From Candidatus Hydrothermarchaeota archaeon (GTDB lineage Archaea > CAYFZR01): a DNA stretch of 64,000 nucleotides. The position numbers and the translations under genes are program-made. Under the pieces are notes generated by a model, which was not told where the DNA came from, did no database searches, and was given only the letters and a program-made list of their open reading frames with translations. This document shows, piece after piece, positions 58,791-64,000 of the stretch (positions are counted from its first letter, which is position 1; every line of letters starts with the position of its first letter). The stretch is from contig JBHIEG010000005.1 in the NCBI GenBank assembly GCA_046760505.1, positions 21,868 to 85,867 on the forward strand, written 5' to 3'.

Positions 58791-60191
58791 ATGATAGGAA
58801 AAACCCCGGAAGAGGTCAAAAAATTAATTCATGAGGGAAAAATAAGAGTATGTGTATTGGGTCTGGGCTATGTTGGAGCTCCTACTGCATCTGCCTTTGC
58901 GCTTGCGGGGGCAAAGGTTTTAGGATACGATATCAATGAAGAAACTGTTAAAAAGATAAACGCAGGCATATCACCTGTTTCAGATTCTCATGGAAAGAGT
59001 TTGTTCGAAAAGGCCTATAGAAAGGGGAATCTTCTTGCCACGAACGATCCTAGCAATTTAAAAAATATGGATCTTTTCTTGATATGCGTTCCTACTCCTA
59101 TAGATTCAATGAAAAGACCCGATCTAAACCCATTGATGGATGCATCAAAAACAATAGGAGAGAATATCAAGGAAGGCTCTCTTGTTATTGTAGAGAGCAC
59201 GGTATGGCCTGGAACCACGGAAGAAATAGTTCTTCCAATAATAGAGGAGAGATCTGGGTTAAGGGCTTCGAAAGAATTTGGTCTGGCTCACTGTCCTGAA
59301 AGAATCGACATAGGAAATCCCGAGTATCATCTTCTAAATATACCGAGAGTGGTGGGAGGAATAGATGAGAGAAGCACAGATCTTGCGCAGGCAGTTTATG
59401 AGGCTGTTTTAGATGCTAAAGTCTATAAAGTAAGGAATTCCAGAATCGCTGAGTCTGTAAAATTGTTGGAAAATACCTACAGGGACGTGAACATTGCACT
59501 GGTAAACGAACTCGCAAGAATCTTTGAGAGACTCAATATCGATATAATGGAAGTAATCCAAGCAGCAAGCACAAAACCGTTTGCCTTTCAGCCCCATTAT
59601 CCCGGAGCAGGAGTTGGCGGGCACTGCATACCCGTGGATCCTTACTATTTAGTTTATAAAGCAAGCGAAATTGGTATTGAACCCCTTCTTTTGCTTACTG
59701 CAAGAAAAATAAACGAATACATGCCCCACCATGTCGTGACATTGGTAATGGAAGCCTTAAATGAGATCAAAAAACCGGTAAGGGGTACAAAAATCGCAAT
59801 CATCGGGTTAACCTATAAAGGAGATGTAAAAGATGTAAGGGAATCTCCAGCATTTCCCATAATAAGCGATTTAAAGTCAAAGGGCGCTGTTTTATCTCTT
59901 TATGATCCTTTTTTAAGTGAAAATGAGATTTTTGAACATTTTGGAATTAATTCATCTATATCAATAGAAGATGCTTGCAAAGAAGCATCCTGTTTATTAT
60001 TAATCACAGATCACTCTGAGTTTAAAAATTTGGACTTCAAAAAAATCTCAAAAAGTATGAAAAAGCCGTCTGTAGTAGTTGATGGAAGAAATATTTTTGA
60101 TCCTGAAGAAGTCGTTAAAAACGATCTTTTGTACATAGGAGTTGGAAGGAGATACTTAAAAGGTATCAATAAAAAAATTGAAATTGTTTAA
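58791..60191 (+). CDS. UDP-N-acetylhexosamine dehydrogenase (WecC/WbpA family)
   Basis: GLGYVG, CVPTP, ESTVWPGTT, PER, KLLENTYRDVNIA, GVGGHCIPVDP, RESPA. Confidence 0.92.
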   Translation: MIGKTPEEVKKLIHEGKIRVCVLGLGYVGAPTASAFALAGAKVLGYDINEETVKKINAGISPVSDSHGKSLFEKAYRKGNLLATNDPSNLKNMDLFLICVPTPIDSMKRPDLNPLMDASKTIGENIKEGSLVIVESTVWPGTTEEIVLPIIEERSGLRASKEFGLAHCPERIDIGNPEYHLLNIPRVVGGIDERSTDLAQAVYEAVLDAKVYKVRNSRIAESVKLLENTYRDVNIALVNELARIFERLNIDIMEVIQAASTKPFAFQPHYPGAGVGGHCIPVDPYYLVYKASEIGIEPLLLLTARKINEYMPHHVVTLVMEALNEIKKPVRGTKIAIIGLTYKGDVKDVRESPAFPIISDLKSKGAVLSLYDPFLSENEIFEHFGINSSISIEDACKEASCLLLITDHSEFKNLDFKKISKSMKKPSVVVDGRNIFDPEEVVKNDLLYIGVGRRYLKGINKKIEIV

Positions 60192-60198
60192 TATTTAT

Positions 60199-60759
60199 TC
60201 ATTCCAACAATCCTTTTGTTGATGGTATTTCTTTTGATGTCTCTCTTGTAGCCATTTTTAATGATTTTCCAAATGCCTTGAAGGTTGCCTCAATTATATG
60301 GTGTGTGTTTTCTCCGCTCAGTTGTTTTATGTGTATGTTCATGCCGCCTTTTGCTGCTAGAATATTGAAAAAAGTTTCTACCAACTCGGTGGGAAAATCT
60401 CCAACCTTTTCCTCTAGAACTAAAGAAACATCGCAAAATGATCTCCCGCCTAAATCAACGGAAACCAGTATTAAGGCATCATCCATCGGTAATATGGAAA
60501 ATCCTATCCTCTCGATTCCAACCTTTCCTCCCAAGGAATCTTGTATGCATTCACCAAGCAGTTCCGCTGTTTCCTTGGTTAATTCATAAATATTCTCCAG
60601 ATCTCCCTTTATATATAGATCAAAACCGGAAAATACCGAGAAAGAAGATAGAATATGACTGAAGAAGGCGTTTGGAATATCAATATCAAATTTTCCGTCT
60701 CCATCCAAGTTCAATTCAATTTTCAATCCCTTTTCCTTGCGCTTACTCCTCCTTTGCAA
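60199..60759 (-). CDS. hisB: imidazoleglycerol-phosphate dehydratase, divergent active site
   Basis: LDGDG, FFSHIL, PMDDAL, DLGGR, NTHHIIEATFKAFG, PSTKG; start uncertain. Confidence 0.85.
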   Translation of the reverse strand: MQRRSKRKEKGLKIELNLDGDGKFDIDIPNAFFSHILSSFSVFSGFDLYIKGDLENIYELTKETAELLGECIQDSLGGKVGIERIGFSILPMDDALILVSVDLGGRSFCDVSLVLEEKVGDFPTELVETFFNILAAKGGMNIHIKQLSGENTHHIIEATFKAFGKSLKMATRETSKEIPSTKGLLE

Positions 60760-61462
60760 CTCTCTTCGCCTCCCTGAAGTCAAGTATTCCTTTGTAAAAC
60801 GCCATTCCCACAACAATACCCCATGCTTTTAGCCTTTTTATATTTTTCACGTCTTCCAAACTTGTTATGCCTCCTGAAACGATTACAGGAAGGTTTGTGC
60901 TCCTTACAAATTTCTCTATGTATGATAGGCGCACTCCTTTAAGCGTGCCCTCTACACTTACATCCGTATATAAGTATCCCCATGCGCCAAGCCTCTCATA
61001 TTTTTTCGCGAGTTTTATTGGAGATTCTTTGTAAGATTCACTCCATCCCTTGATCACGACCGAATCATCTTTAAAATCTAATGCAACTATAACTCTTTTT
61101 CCAAATTCCTTTGAAAGTTTTTCAACGAGTTCAGGGTTTCTTATGGCAGATGTTCCAAGTATTACTTTGTCAATACCTTTTTCGAGCAAGAGAGAGGCAT
61201 CCTGATAACTCCTTATTCCTCCTCCCAGATGAACTGGTATTGAAATTTTATCGATTATTTCATCCACCACATCAATGTTCTTTCTTTTTCCCTCAAAGGC
61301 GCCGTCTAAGTCTATTATGTGGAGTATCTCAGCTCCTAGATCCTGCCAGTAAAGAGCCATCTTTACCGGATCATCTATTACTATTTGTTCGCTGCCTTTT
61401 CTTCCTTGTACCAGTTGAACGCATTTCCTGTTTAGTATATCCACTGAAGGTATAACGATCAT
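60743..61462 (-). CDS. hisA: ProFAR isomerase
   Basis: MIVIPSVD, HIIDLDGA, GGGIRS, TDVSVEG, SGGI; ATGA overlap with hisH. Confidence 0.95.
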   Translation of the reverse strand: MIVIPSVDILNRKCVQLVQGRKGSEQIVIDDPVKMALYWQDLGAEILHIIDLDGAFEGKRKNIDVVDEIIDKISIPVHLGGGIRSYQDASLLLEKGIDKVILGTSAIRNPELVEKLSKEFGKRVIVALDFKDDSVVIKGWSESYKESPIKLAKKYERLGAWGYLYTDVSVEGTLKGVRLSYIEKFVRSTNLPVIVSGGITSLEDVKNIKRLKAWGIVVGMAFYKGILDFREAKRVAKEE

Positions 61463-62067
61463 AGGCCCACGATATCGATAAAATTTTTCAGAATTTTTAA
61501 TCCGGATCTTCCGCTCTTTTCCGGATGAAACTGAGTAGCGTATATATTGTTCTTGCTTAAAACACTGCAAAATTCTATTGAATAATTGGTAGTGCATGCT
61601 ATCACATCTTTTTCATCAGGAATCACTACGTAAGAGTGCACAAAGTAAAAATGATCTCCATCTTTTATATTTTCTAGCAATTTATTTCTCTTCATAATTT
61701 TAATCGAATTCCAGCCCATGTGCGGTATTTTTACATGTGCAGGTAGCCTTACGACCTTTCCTCTGATGATATCAAGTCCCTGATGAAATCCGTCTTCATA
61801 ACTGTATGTTGCGAAAAGTTGCATTCCGAGGCATATTCCTAAGACAGGGGTGTCAGCTTCTATGAGTTCTTTTAAGGTAGTTGCTACGGGATTTATATTT
61901 TTTATTGCGTCTCTGAACGCTCCGACTCCTGGTAATACGATTCCACTTGCTTTTTTGAGATCATCAATTCTATGAGATATGATGGTTGAGGCTCCATGCA
62001 ATTCTAGAGCTTTTTGAACACTTCTCAGATTGCCCATTCCGTAGTCGATGATCACTATTCTAGACAT
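61459..62067 (-). CDS. hisH: imidazole glycerol phosphate synthase glutaminase subunit
   Basis: DYGMGNLRSV, PGVGAF, GICLGMQ, FYFVHSY, QFHPEKS. Confidence 0.97.
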   Translation of the reverse strand: MSRIVIIDYGMGNLRSVQKALELHGASTIISHRIDDLKKASGIVLPGVGAFRDAIKNINPVATTLKELIEADTPVLGICLGMQLFATYSYEDGFHQGLDIIRGKVVRLPAHVKIPHMGWNSIKIMKRNKLLENIKDGDHFYFVHSYVVIPDEKDVIACTTNYSIEFCSVLSKNNIYATQFHPEKSGRSGLKILKNFIDIVGL

Positions 62068-62114
62068 ATGAATCCAAAAAAATCTCTGAGTAAGAATATA
62101 TAATTTTTCTTAAA

Positions 62115-62219
62115 TTAATAAATTAAGGGTGAGATTCCTCTCTCTCTTAAAAGCCTTCTTCCTACAGCCGGATATTTTTTCAGGTACTCTATTTCAAAAA
62201 GTTCCTTCTCTCTTTTCAT
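62115..62219 (-). CDS. small ORF (34 aa) with strong SD
   Basis: GAGGTG upstream of ATG; MKREKELFEIEYLKKYPAVGRRLLRERGISPLIY. Confidence 0.35.
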   Translation of the reverse strand: MKREKELFEIEYLKKYPAVGRRLLRERGISPLIY

Positions 62220-62443
62220 AAGCAACACCTCTTAGTAGTGTTAAAATTATACAACCAAGATTCTTTTCATCTGATTCGTCAAAGATTTGTCAAATCAGAA
62301 ACAAACCTTTATTTAAGGGAGATCAAAGAAAAAATGATAAGCATATATACTTGCTTAAATCGGAGGATAAATTATTCATATGTTTTACAAATTAGATGAT
62401 GGGAGAGATAGCGGATTTTTCTAAAAATTCTAAGGGATCCTCA

Positions 62444-62808
62444 ATGATTAGAGCAGAGTTGATCGCAAAAGGAAAGGTCCAGAAAGTTGGCTACAGGGAC
62501 TTCGTTGAAGAAAAACCATGGAACTGGGATTAAAGGGCTATGTAGAAAATCTTAGGGATAGACCAAAGGTAAAGATAGTCGTGGAAGGAGAAAAAGAAAA
62601 AATAGATGAATTTATCAATAAAATAAAGATCAAAGACGAATTTACTAACGTAGAGGATATAGAGGTAGAATACAAAGAATACACCGGAGAATTCGAATAC
62701 TTTGATATAAAATACGGCTCATTGGAGGAGGAAATAGGAGATCGAATGGTAACAGGTATAGACTACATCAAGGGATTAACAAGCGTTGTAAAAATTAAAA
62801 AGGAATAG
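62444..62808 (+). pseudogene. acyP: acylphosphatase, frameshifted
   Basis: MIRAELIAKGKVQKVGYRDFVEEK from ATG 62444 switches frame at the A-run 62511-62515 into GLKGYVENL...VEGE. Confidence 0.8.
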
Positions 62809-62998
62809 AATTTTTGCCTTCTATTAAATAAAGACATTCGGCTAGACGTTTGTAGGTGTATAAATGATATTCCCCCTTAACAGTCTTTCCTGTATGCCCG
62901 AATATTTCTTGATGAAATCCTCCCAATGTTTTTCAAAAATTTCTTTTCTGCAAGAAATATTCGTTTTTTGCTTTCATTACTAGCAGTTGAGATAGTTA

Positions 62999-63490
62999 TT
63001 ACTTTTTTACCAATTTTTCAAGATCCGTAAGAGTAGAAGGTATCTCCTCGTTGAAATAATCTTCCAAAAATTCTCTAGACAAGTTCAAAACCTTTTTTGC
63101 AGTCTTTAGACCTTTTTCGGCATCCTCAGTGGTAAAAATCAGAGTTGGAATTCTTAATTCTTCCTTCTCGATATCCAATTCTTCATATCTCGTGTTTATC
63201 CATCTTTTTTCGACCCAAAGTGCATCTTCTAAAACATTTGAGAATTCTTTTTTCAAGAGATTGCTAGCAAAATCCAAAACTTCTTTTTTGAATAGTCCCA
63301 CAACAAGGTGGCTCCTGATCTCACCACTGAATTTTACGGTCAGGCATGCTTTCAATGATTTTTCAAGGGACTGTTGAGAATGGAACAGAGATCTGCTGTA
63401 TATTCCTTTTTCCAGCAAAAATTCAGCGGTTTCCAAATCAACCTGAGCTTCTAATAATCTTCCCAACGCCCTTTTAAACCTAAGTTCCAA
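62999..63490 (-). CDS. HEPN domain protein
   Basis: A..DLETA..L, FHSQQSLEKSLKA, RSH, TRY, EDAEK. Confidence 0.88.
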   Translation of the reverse strand: MELRFKRALGRLLEAQVDLETAEFLLEKGIYSRSLFHSQQSLEKSLKACLTVKFSGEIRSHLVVGLFKKEVLDFASNLLKKEFSNVLEDALWVEKRWINTRYEELDIEKEELRIPTLIFTTEDAEKGLKTAKKVLNLSREFLEDYFNEEIPSTLTDLEKLVKK

Positions 63491-63884
63491 GCTCTAACAC
63501 TCCCTTGCCTAACTCGGATCTCATTTTTATCTTCTTCTCTTTAATCATCTCTTTTATTAGATTTTTATATTCCTCAATATCCTTTCCATAAATTACATTT
63601 CCATCAAAGATCGCATAGATCTCAAGGGAGTTTAAGAGTTCTATTGCTTTTTTTATTTCAAATGGAGTTCTAGATATAATATTTGCAGGGAAATCTAATT
63701 CGTATAATATTTTAAATTCAAGTTCCTCAGGCATTCTTTCGTTTGTTATCAAAAAGAAATCATAATCAGACCATTTATCATAATCTCCTCTTGCTCTAGA
63801 GCCAAAAAGTATTATGGATAGGATATTCTCCTCTCCGATAATTTTTAGAGCAACTTCAACAAATTTTTTAATATTCTTGTCCAT
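63480..63884 (-). CDS. minimal nucleotidyltransferase (MNT), partner of HEPN
   Basis: LFGSRARGDYDKWSDYDF; overlaps the HEPN start. Confidence 0.9.
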   Translation of the reverse strand: MDKNIKKFVEVALKIIGEENILSIILFGSRARGDYDKWSDYDFFLITNERMPEELEFKILYELDFPANIISRTPFEIKKAIELLNSLEIYAIFDGNVIYGKDIEEYKNLIKEMIKEKKIKMRSELGKGVLELGT

Positions 63885-64000
63885 GAAAGCACCTGCTAGT
63901 TGGCAGATTAATAGTTGATTAGACTCAGTAAATAAATGTTTTTACAAATTGTTTAAAACGTCTCTTCCAATTAGAACATTTTTATACTCTTCTTCTGGAG

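Noticed and set aside
62115-62219. Small ORF upstream of hisH as a His attenuator leader
   Set aside because: Contains no His codons and no alternative hairpins are evident
62845-62950. IFEKHWEDFIKKY resembling the start of an IS91-like transposase
   Set aside because: Too short; no Cys motif or Y2 domain follows
1389-63377. Many antisense or alternative-frame ORFs in the track (e.g. 10576-11055, 25524-25982, 36269-36676, 43457-43867, 52215-52760)
   Set aside because: They shadow well-supported genes, have Ser/Phe/Ile-biased composition and no recognisable motifs

Overview
Gene-dense, AT-rich archaeal (euryarchaeal-type) chromosome segment made mostly of housekeeping genes. It holds ribosome rescue and recycling genes (pelota, Rqc2/RqcH, ABCE1), KEOPS subunits (Bud32, Kae1, two Pcc1-family paralogs), the rps15-RecJ/GAN-serS-rps3ae block, the conserved rpl15e-RNase P-proteasome-exosome-rpoP-prefoldin superoperon, Ser/Pur/His/Lys/Trp and amino-sugar biosynthesis genes, tRNA-Thr(GGT), xerA and an MNT-HEPN pair. 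No rRNA, CRISPR array or intact transposase was seen. The most unusual items are: (i) a DUF2226-like/Roadblock/double-V4R operon with a palindrome over its promoter; (ii) an unannotated ~80-nt GC-clamped ncRNA candidate with its own BRE/TATA and oligo-T end between rps17e and kae1; (iii) a tightly coupled six-gene run (PUA/PAPS-reductase Fe-S protein, MnmC-like methyltransferase, Trm56, ATP-grasp, TFE, methanogenesis marker 16) that may encode an undescribed tRNA-modification or sulfur pathway; (iv) xerA preceded by a perfect 28-bp inverted repeat and followed by a wHTH gene and a second RecJ/GAN paralog; (v) a HisB missing one of its two metal-binding HH motifs; (vi) a two-domain membrane-anchored protein inserted into the exosome superoperon. 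All product calls come from motif recognition by eye; no searches were run.
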